From the NCBI GenBank assembly GCA_963796055.1, contig CAWCKH010000004.1:1184001-1248000 (forward strand): a DNA stretch of 64,000 nucleotides, given 5' to 3'. Below the pieces are notes generated by a model that was not told the origin of the DNA, ran no database searches, and saw nothing but the letters and a program-made list of their open reading frames with translations. Origin of the DNA: an uncultured delta proteobacterium. Lineage in GTDB: Bacteria > Myxococcota > Myxococcia > Myxococcales > Myxococcaceae. Shown piece after piece: positions 19,923-29,946 of the stretch. Within the stretch, counting starts at the first letter, position 1. Every line of letters begins with the position of its first letter. Made by a program: the position numbers and the translations under genes.

Positions 19923-20400
19923 GCTGACTGCGGGCGCCCGGACGTCGCCGACTGCAGCCCGCCTGACGACACCTTGACCCGGACCTCGATTGCGGCCGCC
20001 CGGACCTCGCCGACTGCAGCCCCGTCGACACCTTGACCCGGACCTCGACTGCGGACGCCCTGACGACCCGATTTGCGGCCGCCCGGACCTCGCCGACTGC
20101 AGCCCCGTCGACACCTTGACCCGGACCTCGACTGCGGCCGCCCTGACGACCCGATTTGCGGCCGCCCGGACCTCGCCGACTGCAGCCCCGTCGACACCTT
20201 GACCCGGACCTCGACTGCGGCCGCCCTGACCTAGCTGACTGCGGCCGCCCGGACCTCGCCGACTGCAGCCCCGTCGACACCTTGACCCGGACCTCGACTG
20301 CGGCCGCCCTGACCTAGCTGACTGCGGCCGCCCGGACCTCGCCGACTGCAGCCCCCTCGACACCTTGACCCGGACCTCGACTGCGGCCGCCCTGACCTAG
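19922..20400. repeat. 83-bp tandem repeat, ~5 copies plus a degenerate first copy
   Basis: Unit starts at 19991, 20074, 20157, 20240 and 20323; no unique spacers. Confidence 0.93.
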
Positions 20401-20816
20401 TGGAACGTGGCGCCCAGCGAGGAGCTGGCCGAGGCGAGCAGCGACTCGAGCTCCCCCGGCTCCACCGGCTTGGCCAGCCGCCCGGAGACCAGCGGATGCT
20501 GCGGCGCCACCTGGTCCAGCGCGCTGTGCGCCGAGCAGAGAATGAAGCGGACGCGGGCGCCCACCTGGCGGGCCAGACCGTAGAGCAGCTCGATGCCGCT
20601 CATCCCCGGGAGCATCAGATCCAGCACCACGATGACCGGAGTGTCGTCGGCTGCCGCGCGCTCGAAGAAGCGCAGCGTCTCGCTCGCATCGCGCGCACCG
20701 AGCACGGTGTAGCCCTGTCGCTCCACCGTCTCGCTCAGCAGTCGCCGGAAGAACGCCTCGTCGTCGACGACCAGCACGTACGGCGTCCGAACGTCCCGGG
20801 CAGAAGCCTCGTCCAC
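20397..20816 (-). CDS. Single-domain response regulator
   Basis: VLVVDDE, LDLMLPGMSG, CSAH, AKP. Confidence 0.85.
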   Translation of the reverse strand: MDEASARDVRTPYVLVVDDEAFFRRLLSETVERQGYTVLGARDASETLRFFERAAADDTPVIVVLDLMLPGMSGIELLYGLARQVGARVRFILCSAHSALDQVAPQHPLVSGRLAKPVEPGELESLLASASSSLGATFH

Positions 20817-21223
20817 GGCTGAAATGCTAACCCAGCTTCCGCGGCCTGACGATGATCTGGATCCGCGGACGCACGGGGGGATGGCGCGGTGTCCCACCCC
20901 CGCTCAGGCGCACGCAGGGTCATTCCTGGCCGGGCGTTGCCGACTCGTGTCCGCCTCCCCATCCTGCCGACATGTCCTACCTGGGCCAGCTGCTTGCCGT
21001 CTCGGCGGTGGTGATGGGCATCGCCCAGACCATCGCGAGACCTGGCTGGGGTGACGGGAATCTACGGAATCCGGGTTCAGGTGCGCTGGGGCGTGCGGAC
21101 AAGGACGAGACCACGTCCGGCACTGAGGACCGGAGTCCATGGCGCGCCGGGGCTCGGGTCCCGGCGGACTCTCTACACAGACCGGTACCACTCCATGGAT
21201 GATCAGCAGTGAAAGCTGGCTCG

Positions 21224-21592
21224 ATGCACCGCACCACCGTTCTCTTTGTCGACGATGACGACTTCATCCGCGGCGCCTATGGCGACCTGCTTCGCGACGA
21301 GGGCTTCTCGGTGGTCGAGGCCGCAGACGGGTGCGAGGCCCTCCAGGCCGCGAGCGGGATCTCCGGTGACGTGCTGCTGGTGCTCGACGAGATGATGCCC
21401 CGCATGCGGGGAACCGAGGTGCTGGAGCGGCTGGCCCACCAGGCCGACTCCGCCCGCTTCCGGGTGGTGATCATCTCCGGCACCGCGCTGGTGCACGCGC
21501 TTCCCCCGCCTGGGATACGGATCCACGCCGTGGTGGAGAAGCCCTTCACCGCCTCGGAGCTCCTCAGCGCGCTCCACAAGCTCGCGGCCTGA
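21224..21592 (+). CDS. Single-domain response regulator
   Basis: LFVDDD, LDEMMPRMRG, ISG, EKPF. Confidence 0.85.
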   Translation: MHRTTVLFVDDDDFIRGAYGDLLRDEGFSVVEAADGCEALQAASGISGDVLLVLDEMMPRMRGTEVLERLAHQADSARFRVVIISGTALVHALPPPGIRIHAVVEKPFTASELLSALHKLAA

Positions 21593-21604
21593 TCGGACCG
21601 GAGC

Positions 21605-21871
21605 TCAGCGCACGTCGGCTGTTTCCTGCTCCCTACGCTCGAGCTTCCGCTCGTGCCGGCGCACCTCGGCGACCAGGAACGCCGCGGCCGCGGCGAGGAC
21701 CCCCGCGTCGTCGAGCCAGCCGACCACCGGAATTCCATCCGGAATCAGATCCAGCGGCCAGAGCACGTAGGCCACCGCCGCCACCCCGGCGAGCTTCCGC
21801 CACGCCGCCACGCCCGGGTCCCGGAGGTAACGCCACAGCTTGGTCACGGTGCGCGTCCGCTCCAGCGCCAT
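21605..21871 (-). CDS. DUF1232/YkvA membrane protein
   Basis: YVLWPLDLIPDGIPVVGWLDD. Confidence 0.88.
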   Translation of the reverse strand: MALERTRTVTKLWRYLRDPGVAAWRKLAGVAAVAYVLWPLDLIPDGIPVVGWLDDAGVLAAAAAFLVAEVRRHERKLERREQETADVR

Positions 21872-21874
21872 CGC

Positions 21875-24583
21875 TCAGCTCTCTCCGTCGGACGGCTCCG
21901 AGGTCGGCGGCTCGGCGCCGGGCGGCATGATCTCCTCGCCGTTGCCGCTGTCCCCGTTCTCCTCGGTGGCCTCGGGCAGCTTGGAGATGCCGCTCACCTT
22001 CTCCCCGGCGCTCTCCAGGCTGATCAGCCGCACCCCTTGCGTGTTCCGGCCGATGACCGAGATGTCGTGGACCTTGATCCGGATCAGCATCCCGCCGCTG
22101 GTGACCAGCATCACCTCGTCGCGGTCCTTCACCTGGGCCAGGCCAACCACCGTCCCGTTCCGCTCGGTGGTCTTGATGTCGATGATGCCCTTCCCGCCCC
22201 GGCCCTGGATCCGGTACTCGGACTCCTCGGTGCGCTTGCCGTACCCGTTCTCGGTGACGGTGAGGATGGTCGTCCCCCGCTCGACCACGTCGGCGCCCAC
22301 CACCTCGTCTCCGTCGTCGAGGGTGATGCCCTTCACCCCGTAGGCCTGCCGGCCCATCGAGCGAACCTCGGCCTCGGCGAAGCGGATGCTCATCCCCTGG
22401 GCGGTGGAGAGGAGGATGTCCTTGGTCCCGTCGGTGATGAACACTGCCACCAGCGAGTCGCCGTCCTCGACCCCGAGGGCGATGATGCCGGCCGAGCGCA
22501 CGTTGGAGAAGGCGTTCAGGTCGGTGCGCTTCACCACGCCCTTGCGGGTGACGAAGAAGACGAACCGGCCTTCCTCGAACCCCTTGGTGACCAGGATCGA
22601 GGCCAGCTTCTCGCCCTCGCCCATCTGGACCAGGTTGATGATCGGCTTGCCCCGCGCGGTGCGGCTGGCGGCGGGAATCTCGTGCACCTTGAGCCAGTAC
22701 AGCTTGCCCCGGGTGGTGATGGGCATCAGGTAGGCGTGGGTGCTGGCGACGAAGAGGTCGGAGACGAAGTCGTCCTCCTTCATCGACGCGCCGGTCTTGC
22801 CCCGGCCCCCGCGACGCTGGGAGCGGTACTCGGAGAGGGGACTGCGCTTCACGTACCCGGCGTGGGACACGGTGACCACCATGTCCTCCTCGGCGATCAG
22901 GTCCTCGCTGGTCAGCTCGGAGGCCTCGCCGGTGATCTCGGTGCGGCGCTCGTCGCCGAACTTCTCCCGCACCTCGCGCAGCTCGGCCTTCACCACCTCG
23001 AGGAGAGTCGTTTCGACCTCGAGAATCTCGCGCAGCCGGGCGATCTCCCGGGTGAGGGAGATCAGCTCGGTGAATAGCTCCTCGCGCTGGATCCCGGTGA
23101 GGCGCTGCAGCCGCATCTCAAGGATCTGCTTGGCCTGCTCCTCGCTGAAGCCGCCGTCCTCGTAGCGGTGCTGGAGCCCGGCGTACTTCGGCTCCTCGGC
23201 CCGAGCCCGGGCCACCAGCTGCTCCATCTGCGCCTTGGCCGCGTCGAGGTCGAGCCGGGGAAGCTCCCGGAAGCGCTCGTGCTCGTAGAGCGAAGGAGAG
23301 AGCACGTGCATCAGGCCCCACCGCGCCTCGTCCGGATCGTGCGACCGGCGGATGATGGTGATGACCAGGTCGATGATGTCCTGGGCGACCAGCAGGCCTT
23401 CCACCACGTGAATGCGGCGCTCGGCGTTCTTCAGCTCGAAGCGGCTCCGGCGGGTGACCACCTCGCGGCGGTGGCTGATGAACCGCTCCAGCAGCTCTCT
23501 GAGGTTGAGCGTCCGCGGCTGGCCCCCGTCGATCGCCAGGAGCACGATGCCGAAGGTGGTCTGCAGCGGGGTGTTGGCAAAGAGGTTGTTCAGCACCACC
23601 CCGGAGATGGCGTCGCGCTTCAGCTCGATGACCAGACGCATGCCCCGGCGGTCCGACTCGTCGCGGATCTGGCTGATGCCGTCGATCTTCTTGTCCCGCA
23701 CCAGCTCGGCGATCTTCTCGGTGAGCCGGGCCTTGTTCACCTGGTAGGGGATCTCGGAGACCACGATGGCCTCGCGCTCTCCCTTGGCCGCGGTCTCGAT
23801 CTCGTGCCGCGCCCGGAGGGTGATCTGCCCGCGGCCGGTCTCGTATGCGCGCTGGATGCCCTCGCGCCCGAGGATGAACCCAGCGGTGGGGAAGTCCGGC
23901 CCGGGGATGTGCTGCATCAGCTCGCGGACCGAGGCCTTGGGGTGCTCGATGAGATGGAGCGTTCCGTCGATGACCTCCCGCATGTTGTGCGGGGGAATGT
24001 TGGTGGTCATTCCCACCGCGATGCCCGAGCTCCCGTTGACCAGGAGGTTGGGAAAGCGAGTGGGGAGGACCAGCGGCTCCTTCGTCGAGTCGTCGAAGTT
24101 GGGGCCGAAGTTGACGGTCTCCTTGTCGATGTCGGCGAGCATGGCCTCGGCCAGCTCGGTCATCCGGCACTCGGTGTACCGGTAGGCGGCGGCCGAGTCC
24201 CCGTCGACGCTGCCGAAGTTCCCCTGCCCGTCCACCAGGAGATACCGCAGGTTCCAGGGCTGGGCGAGGCGGACCAGCGCGTCGTAGACGCTCGCGTCCC
24301 CGTGGGGGTGGTACTTCTTGAGCACCTCGCCCACCACGCCGGCGCACTTGCTGTACTTGCGGTTGTGGAGCAGCCCCTCGTCCTGCATCGCGTACAGGAT
24401 GCGGCGGTGCACGGGCTTCAGGCCGTCGCGCACGTCGGGCAGCGCCCGGCCCACGATGACCGACATCGAATAGTCGAGGTAGCTCTTGCGCATCTCGTCC
24501 TCGATGTTGATCGGGACGAGATCGCCGGCGCCGCCACCCGGTGGAGTCGGAGGCGCGGGAGGGGTCGGAAGGTCTTCGGACAT
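21875..24583 (-). CDS. gyrA: DNA gyrase subunit A
   Basis: [29 protein letters not shown], GyrA-box QRRGGRG, CTD repeats. Confidence 0.98.
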   Translation of the reverse strand: MSEDLPTPPAPPTPPGGGAGDLVPINIEDEMRKSYLDYSMSVIVGRALPDVRDGLKPVHRRILYAMQDEGLLHNRKYSKCAGVVGEVLKKYHPHGDASVYDALVRLAQPWNLRYLLVDGQGNFGSVDGDSAAAYRYTECRMTELAEAMLADIDKETVNFGPNFDDSTKEPLVLPTRFPNLLVNGSSGIAVGMTTNIPPHNMREVIDGTLHLIEHPKASVRELMQHIPGPDFPTAGFILGREGIQRAYETGRGQITLRARHEIETAAKGEREAIVVSEIPYQVNKARLTEKIAELVRDKKIDGISQIRDESDRRGMRLVIELKRDAISGVVLNNLFANTPLQTTFGIVLLAIDGGQPRTLNLRELLERFISHRREVVTRRSRFELKNAERRIHVVEGLLVAQDIIDLVITIIRRSHDPDEARWGLMHVLSPSLYEHERFRELPRLDLDAAKAQMEQLVARARAEEPKYAGLQHRYEDGGFSEEQAKQILEMRLQRLTGIQREELFTELISLTREIARLREILEVETTLLEVVKAELREVREKFGDERRTEITGEASELTSEDLIAEEDMVVTVSHAGYVKRSPLSEYRSQRRGGRGKTGASMKEDDFVSDLFVASTHAYLMPITTRGKLYWLKVHEIPAASRTARGKPIINLVQMGEGEKLASILVTKGFEEGRFVFFVTRKGVVKRTDLNAFSNVRSAGIIALGVEDGDSLVAVFITDGTKDILLSTAQGMSIRFAEAEVRSMGRQAYGVKGITLDDGDEVVGADVVERGTTILTVTENGYGKRTEESEYRIQGRGGKGIIDIKTTERNGTVVGLAQVKDRDEVMLVTSGGMLIRIKVHDISVIGRNTQGVRLISLESAGEKVSGISKLPEATEENGDSGNGEEIMPPGAEPPTSEPSDGES

Positions 24584-24703
24584 GAGGGGGTTATCCCCTA
24601 CCTAACTGCCCGGAACCCTTAGGTCAATCCGGCTTTCCGGCTTCGAGCCGGCAATGGCCGCAGGGGGTTCCGCATACAGTGCGCGCCCGCCCGGAGGTGG
24701 CTC

Positions 24704-26098
24704 CTGAGACGACTGCCCGCGCTGCTCCTGCTGCTCCCCTCGCTCGCCCTCGCCGAGCCGGTGTACCAGAGCCGGACCCTCCCCAACGGGCTGACGGTCC
24801 TGGTGGCCGAGGACCCGTTCTCCCCGCTGGTCACCGTGGAGATCGGCGTCCGGAACGGCTCGATGACCGAGCCGCCCGAGTACAACGGGCTGAGCCACCT
24901 CTACGAGCACATGTTCTTCAAGGCCAACGCCGTGCTCCCCGACCAGGAGGCCTACCTGGCGCGGGCCCGGGAGCTGGGCCTGGTCTGGAACGGGACCACC
25001 AACACCGAGCGGGTGAACTACTTCTTCACCACCGCGCGTGAGCGGCTGCCCGAGGCCCTCGCGTTCATGCGCGACGCCATCGTCACCCCGCTCTTCGAGC
25101 AGAAGGAGCTGGAGCGGGAGCGAGTGGTGGTCACCGGGGAGATTGACCGGAACGAGTCCACGCCCCAGTACCACTTCTGGCACGAGGTGAATCAGCACGT
25201 CTGGTGGAAGTACCCCTCGCGCAAGGACCCGCTCGGCAACCGGGCGACGGTGCTCGGGGCCACCGTGGAGAAGATGCGGACCATCCAGGCGCGCTACTAC
25301 GTGCCGAACAACTCCATCCTGGTGGTCACCGGAGGCGCGAAGGCCGAGGACGTCTTCTCCCGGGCTGGATCGCTCTTCGCCGGCTGGAAGCCGACCCCGC
25401 GCGATCCGCTCCAGGCCTATCCGCTGGTGAAGCACCCGCCGCTGAAGCGCTCCGAGCTGGTCCTGGTGGAGCAGCCGGTGCAGACCGTGTCCGGTCAATT
25501 CGTGTGGCACGGGCCCTCCACGGTCGCCAAGGAGCTCCCCGCCACCTACGCCGCCGACGTCCAGGGCACGGCGGTCAACCGGCCCGACTCCCGCTTCCAG
25601 CGTGCCCTGGTGGATTCGGGGCACTGCGTCCGCGCCCAGATGTTCTGGATCACGCAGGTCAACACCGGTCCGAGCTCCGTGCAGTTCGAGAGCACGCCCG
25701 AGCGGACCAGGGAGTGCATCGAGGCCATCCAGGCGGAGCTCCCGAAGATGGCCCAGCCGGACTACCTCACCGCGGACGAGCTCCGGGACGCGGTGCACCG
25801 GCTCGCGGTGGACCGGGCGCTCGAGCGGGAGAAGCCGAGCGACCTCGCCCACGTCCTGACCTTCTGGTGGAGCTCGGCCGGTCTCGACTACTACCGGACC
25901 TACCTCGACCGGGCCGCGGAGGTGACCCCGGCAGAGGCGAGCCGGTACGTGCGAACCTACCTGCTCGAGCGACCGTACGTGCTCGGGCTGATGGTCTCCC
26001 CGGAGATGCAGAAGCAGGGCCTGGACCGCACGACCCTGGCAAAGCTGGTGCGCCCGCTGCGCGCCCCTCGCCGCGTGACCCAGGAGGCGAACCGATGA
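24704..26098 (+). CDS. M16 zinc peptidase, catalytic subunit, exported
   Basis: HLYEH (HxxEH) motif; in-frame signal peptide upstream of the track start, beginning at CTG 24704. Confidence 0.9.
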   Translation: MRRLPALLLLLPSLALAEPVYQSRTLPNGLTVLVAEDPFSPLVTVEIGVRNGSMTEPPEYNGLSHLYEHMFFKANAVLPDQEAYLARARELGLVWNGTTNTERVNYFFTTARERLPEALAFMRDAIVTPLFEQKELERERVVVTGEIDRNESTPQYHFWHEVNQHVWWKYPSRKDPLGNRATVLGATVEKMRTIQARYYVPNNSILVVTGGAKAEDVFSRAGSLFAGWKPTPRDPLQAYPLVKHPPLKRSELVLVEQPVQTVSGQFVWHGPSTVAKELPATYAADVQGTAVNRPDSRFQRALVDSGHCVRAQMFWITQVNTGPSSVQFESTPERTRECIEAIQAELPKMAQPDYLTADELRDAVHRLAVDRALEREKPSDLAHVLTFWWSSAGLDYYRTYLDRAAEVTPAEASRYVRTYLLERPYVLGLMVSPEMQKQGLDRTTLAKLVRPLRAPRRVTQEANR

Positions 26099-27456
26099 GA
26101 CCGCTCGCGCTCTGCTCGCTCCTGCTCGCCGCCTGCGCCCTGACCCAGACGCCCCCGCCCGCGCCGGCGCAGGGCCGGGAGGCGCCCGCCGTCCTCGCCA
26201 CACCCGCCCTCGAACCCGCGGACCCGAACACCCGGGTCGAGGACTGGCAGGGAATCCGCGTCCTGGTCCGGCGCCGTCCCCAGGCCGAGCTGGTCACCAC
26301 CGAGCTCGTCGTCCGGGGCGGGGTCACCCTGTCCGACCCGGCCACCGCGGGCGCCGAGTGGCTGGCGCTCTACACCGCGGCGAGCGGAGGGACCGAGCGG
26401 CTCCCCAAGCAGGACTTCCAGGCCAGGCTCGCTCGGCTCGGCAGCTCGCTCGAGGCGCGCGTCGATGCGGATGCCTCGGCGCTGGAGGCCAAGTCATTGA
26501 GCGCCGCGTGGTCCGAGACGTTCGACCTGCTCGCCGATGCGTTCCTCCATCCGGCGCTCCCTCCCACCGAGCTTGCCCTGCAACAGAGACGGCAGCTCAA
26601 CCAGGTGCGCCGGATCGAGGAGGACCCCGACCTTCTGCTCGCCGACCTCGGTCGTCGGACCGTGTTCGAGGGCACGCCGTACGCCCAGCGGGTCCTGGGG
26701 ACGAAGGAGAGCATTCCCCGCCTCACCGCGGAGGTCGTCCGCGGCCAGCTCGATGCGATGCGCGCGCGGAACCGGTTGCTGCTGGTGGTCGTCGGGAACG
26801 TGGACCCCGACCTGGTCCTGACCCGAGCGAAGGCGGCCTTCGGCAGTCTCCCTGCCGGAGCAGCGCTGCCTGCACCTGTCCCCCGGCCGAAATTCGCCGC
26901 CGCCCGGGTGAATGCGCTCCAGCGAACGCTCCCCACGAATTACGTCCTCGCCCAGGTCCCTGGACCGACGTGGGACGATCCGGAATTCGTGCCCGGGCTG
27001 GTGAGCATGCGCATCCTGGCGGATCGAGAGTTCGAGGCGATCCGGACCAAGAGGAACCTCACCTACGCGGTGACCGCGGGGCTGGTGAGCCGGCAGCGGC
27101 TCCCGCTGGCCAACCTATACGTCACGGCGGTGGACCCGCCCACCACTTGGCGGGCGATGCAGGAGGAGGTCCGGCGGCTCCAGGAGCAGGATGTCGAGCC
27201 CGAGCGGCTGAGCGGCGCGGTGGCGGAACTCCGGACCCGCTGGCTCATGGACGGCGAGAGCACCAATGGGGAGGCGCAGCAGCTGGCCCGCGCCGAGCTG
27301 CTCGGCGGCGACTGGCGGCTGCAGCGCCGCATCCCCGACGCATTCCCCTCGGTCACCGGCGAGCAGGTGAAGACCTACGCCCGCCGCTGGCTCAAGGACT
27401 GGCAGGTCGCGGTGGTAGGCGACCCGGCGAAGGTCGACGTCGCGCTGTTCCGCTGA
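26095..27456 (+). CDS. M16 peptidase non-catalytic partner, lipoprotein
   Basis: LAAC lipobox; IRTKRNLTY (R/Y pair); no HxxEH; ATGA coupling. Confidence 0.88.
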   Translation: MRPLALCSLLLAACALTQTPPPAPAQGREAPAVLATPALEPADPNTRVEDWQGIRVLVRRRPQAELVTTELVVRGGVTLSDPATAGAEWLALYTAASGGTERLPKQDFQARLARLGSSLEARVDADASALEAKSLSAAWSETFDLLADAFLHPALPPTELALQQRRQLNQVRRIEEDPDLLLADLGRRTVFEGTPYAQRVLGTKESIPRLTAEVVRGQLDAMRARNRLLLVVVGNVDPDLVLTRAKAAFGSLPAGAALPAPVPRPKFAAARVNALQRTLPTNYVLAQVPGPTWDDPEFVPGLVSMRILADREFEAIRTKRNLTYAVTAGLVSRQRLPLANLYVTAVDPPTTWRAMQEEVRRLQEQDVEPERLSGAVAELRTRWLMDGESTNGEAQQLARAELLGGDWRLQRRIPDAFPSVTGEQVKTYARRWLKDWQVAVVGDPAKVDVALFR

Positions 27457-27487
27457 GGTGACTCGGCCTGCGTGAGAACACCCGCCC

Positions 27488-28021
27488 ATGGCGGAGTACA
27501 CGACGCGGGACCTCGGCACGTTGCCCGAGGGGCTTCCGGTCCCGACGGACGACGGACGGGCGAAGCACCTGACCGGCCTTGCAGTGCCATCCATCCCATT
27601 GCCGGCCACCACCGGCGAGCGGATCGACCGCTCGACCATTCCGGGCCTCGCGCAGCCACCCCTCACCCCGGACTGGGACCTGGTCCCCGGGGCGCGGGGG
27701 TGCACGCCGGAGACCTGCGCCTTCCGCGACCTCGCCGCCGACTTCGGAAGGCACGGCGTCCGCATCTTCGGGCTGAGCACCCAGGAACCCGCCTACCAGC
27801 GCGAGCTCGCCGAGCGGCTCCACCTGCCCTTCCCGGTGCTCAGCGACGCGGCCCGAACGCTGACCGAGGCCCTCCGGCTGCCGACGCTCACCATCGCCGG
27901 CCATATCCTCCTCGCTAGACTCAGCTGGCTCCAGCGCAACGGCCGGATCGAGCGGGTGTGGTACCCGGTGTTCCCACCCGACCGGCACGCCGCCGAGGTG
28001 CTCGCGGCGCTGCCGTCCTGA
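27488..28021 (+). CDS. Peroxiredoxin (BCP/PrxQ-like)
   Basis: PGARGCTPETCAFRD, GLSTQ, YPVFPPD. Confidence 0.85.
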   Translation: MAEYTTRDLGTLPEGLPVPTDDGRAKHLTGLAVPSIPLPATTGERIDRSTIPGLAQPPLTPDWDLVPGARGCTPETCAFRDLAADFGRHGVRIFGLSTQEPAYQRELAERLHLPFPVLSDAARTLTEALRLPTLTIAGHILLARLSWLQRNGRIERVWYPVFPPDRHAAEVLAALPS

Positions 28022-28053
28022 CGTCCGCGCCATCGCGGGCGTACAGTTCTCGG

Positions 28054-28440
28054 GTGACCTCTGCCTCCGCCCCCCGGGGCGCCTCGAATCGCACCGCGGC
28101 GGGCTACCTCGTGGCGCAGGCCGTTGCGGTCCTGCTCTGGTGGGTGGCGGTCTTCGGCTCGGCGAAGGTCCGGGCCTGGTTCTTCCCTTACGGAGGGCTC
28201 GATCCGGCCTTCGCCGCGTTCGTCGTCCCGGATTTGGTGTTCATCGTCGGCGGCTCCCTGGTGGTCGCCCGGCAACGAGCCCGCGGCAAGGCAGGCCCGC
28301 GGGCCTCCGGAATCCTGCTCGGCGCGGTCGGCTACGCCACCTTGTACACGCTGGGGTGGACCTTGGCGCTCCAGGCTCCGGCCGCGGGTGCGATCGCGAT
28401 GCTGTTCATCGCCATCGGAACCTGGCGCGCCTGCCGCTGA
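28054..28440 (+). CDS. Membrane hypothetical protein
   Basis: Four hydrophobic segments. Confidence 0.55.
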   Translation: MTSASAPRGASNRTAAGYLVAQAVAVLLWWVAVFGSAKVRAWFFPYGGLDPAFAAFVVPDLVFIVGGSLVVARQRARGKAGPRASGILLGAVGYATLYTLGWTLALQAPAAGAIAMLFIAIGTWRACR

Positions 28441-28450
28441 CAGGGGCGGC

Positions 28451-28823
28451 TCAGCGCGCGAGCCGCTTGCCGAACGGGGCCAGGGCGAGCATCCCGAACT
28501 TCAGATGCTGGAAGGCGAACGGGATGCCGATGATGGTGAGGGCCAACCCCACCCCCAGCACCAGGTGGCTGAGGAAGATCCGAGATCCCCGCCACCAGCA
28601 GCCACAGGACGTTGAGCGCGAAGCTTCCCACGCCGGTGCCGGGCACCTCGTCGAAGTCGTGACCGAACGGGACCAGCCCGAGCTTCGCCAGCTTGAAGCA
28701 CTGCAGCCCGAAGGGGATGCCGACGATCGTCAGACAGAGCAGGACGCCGGCGGCGAGGTACTCGAGGCAGATCAGCCAGCCGCCACCAAGGACGACCCAC
28801 AGGACGTTGAGGAGAAAGTCCAC
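28451..28823 (-). CDS. YccF-domain membrane protein; frameshift near 28580
   Basis: Duplicated LNVLW...TIVGIPFG / TIIGIPFA units. Confidence 0.85.
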
Positions 28824-28831
28824 TGCTGGAT

Positions 28832-29509
28832 CTACGTCGGACCTGGTCCGGCCATTTCCGGCCCGCCGTTCAGGCCCTGGAGCAGGCGCTCGGCCTCCTT
28901 GCCCACCGCGCCGCCGGGGTCGAGACCCCGCGCCTTCTCCAGCGCGGCGCGTGCGCCAGCGCGATCGCCCTTGAGCTTGAACGCGATGCCGAGGTTCAGG
29001 TGCCCGCGGGGATTGTCGTGCTGCTTGGCGAGCGCAGTGCGGAACTCGGCGATCGCCCTGTCCACCTCGCCGCTGAGCAGCTCCTCCTTGCCCTTCTGGA
29101 CGTGGTGCTCGGAGTCGTTCACCAGCTCGACGTCGAGCACGCTCCGACCCGCCACGTTGACCAGCAGCGCGCGGAGGATCCCGGTCCAGTAGAAGGTGAG
29201 CCCCTCGGCCGCCACCACCGCGGCGAGCGGGAGGTCCGGGAGCAGCGGCTTGCCGCGAAACTTGAAGCGCACCTTGGTGTAGCGCCCGGCGTTGGCCCAC
29301 TGCCGCAGGGTGTCGGACACCTTCCGGAGCGCCTCGTCGACGGCGCCGGGCTGAACGTCCACGGGCAGGGTGGAGGGAGCCTCCTCGGCGGACCTGCTCG
29401 GTCGGGGCGCAGACCGGCGCGAGGCCGGGCGGGATGACTTGGCGGGCGCTCGCTTGCGGGCTGGGGCGGATCGCCGCGCGGGAGCCTTCGGACGCTTGGG
29501 AGGAGCCAT
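28832..29509 (-). CDS. TPR protein with a basic N-terminal tail
   Basis: GHLNLGIAFKLKGD TPR; K/R/P/A-rich N-terminus. Confidence 0.75.
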   Translation of the reverse strand: MAPPKRPKAPARRSAPARKRAPAKSSRPASRRSAPRPSRSAEEAPSTLPVDVQPGAVDEALRKVSDTLRQWANAGRYTKVRFKFRGKPLLPDLPLAAVVAAEGLTFYWTGILRALLVNVAGRSVLDVELVNDSEHHVQKGKEELLSGEVDRAIAEFRTALAKQHDNPRGHLNLGIAFKLKGDRAGARAALEKARGLDPGGAVGKEAERLLQGLNGGPEMAGPGPT

Positions 29510-29616
29510 GGCCGGCAGGACGCTAGCAAGAGCGCAATTTCTGCACCTCGAGACCAGCCCCCTGGGTGAGGAAGGTCCTGGCGCAGACCGTGCAATGGTC
29601 GTCCCGGGCCGACCCC

Positions 29617-29946
29617 ATGCACGAGCTCTCCATCACCCAGGGAATCGTCGAATCGGTGTGCGAGGCCGTGCCCGAGGGCAAGGTGCTCGCGGTGACGGTG
29701 GAGATCGGGAAGCTCTCCGGTGTCGTCGCGGACTCGGTGCGCTTCTGCTTCGATCTCTGCGCTCAGGGCACGCGGCTCGAGGGCGCCCGGCTGGACATCC
29801 GGGACGTTCCCGGACGCGGTCGGTGCGGGAGCTGCCAGCGCGAGACGGACATGGAGGAGCTGGTCACCCGGTGCGCATGCGGCAATCCCTTTCTGGAAGT
29901 CCTCCGCGGGCAGGAGCTCCGGATTCGATCGGTGGAGGTGACGTGA
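29617..29946 (+). CDS. hypA: Hydrogenase nickel metallochaperone HypA
   Basis: MHELSI, CGSC, CACG, GQELRI. Confidence 0.95.
   Translation: MHELSITQGIVESVCEAVPEGKVLAVTVEIGKLSGVVADSVRFCFDLCAQGTRLEGARLDIRDVPGRGRCGSCQRETDMEELVTRCACGNPFLEVLRGQELRIRSVEVT

Noticed and set aside
19922..20400. Possible CRISPR array
   Set aside because: Units are contiguous with no unique spacers, and there are no cas genes in the window.
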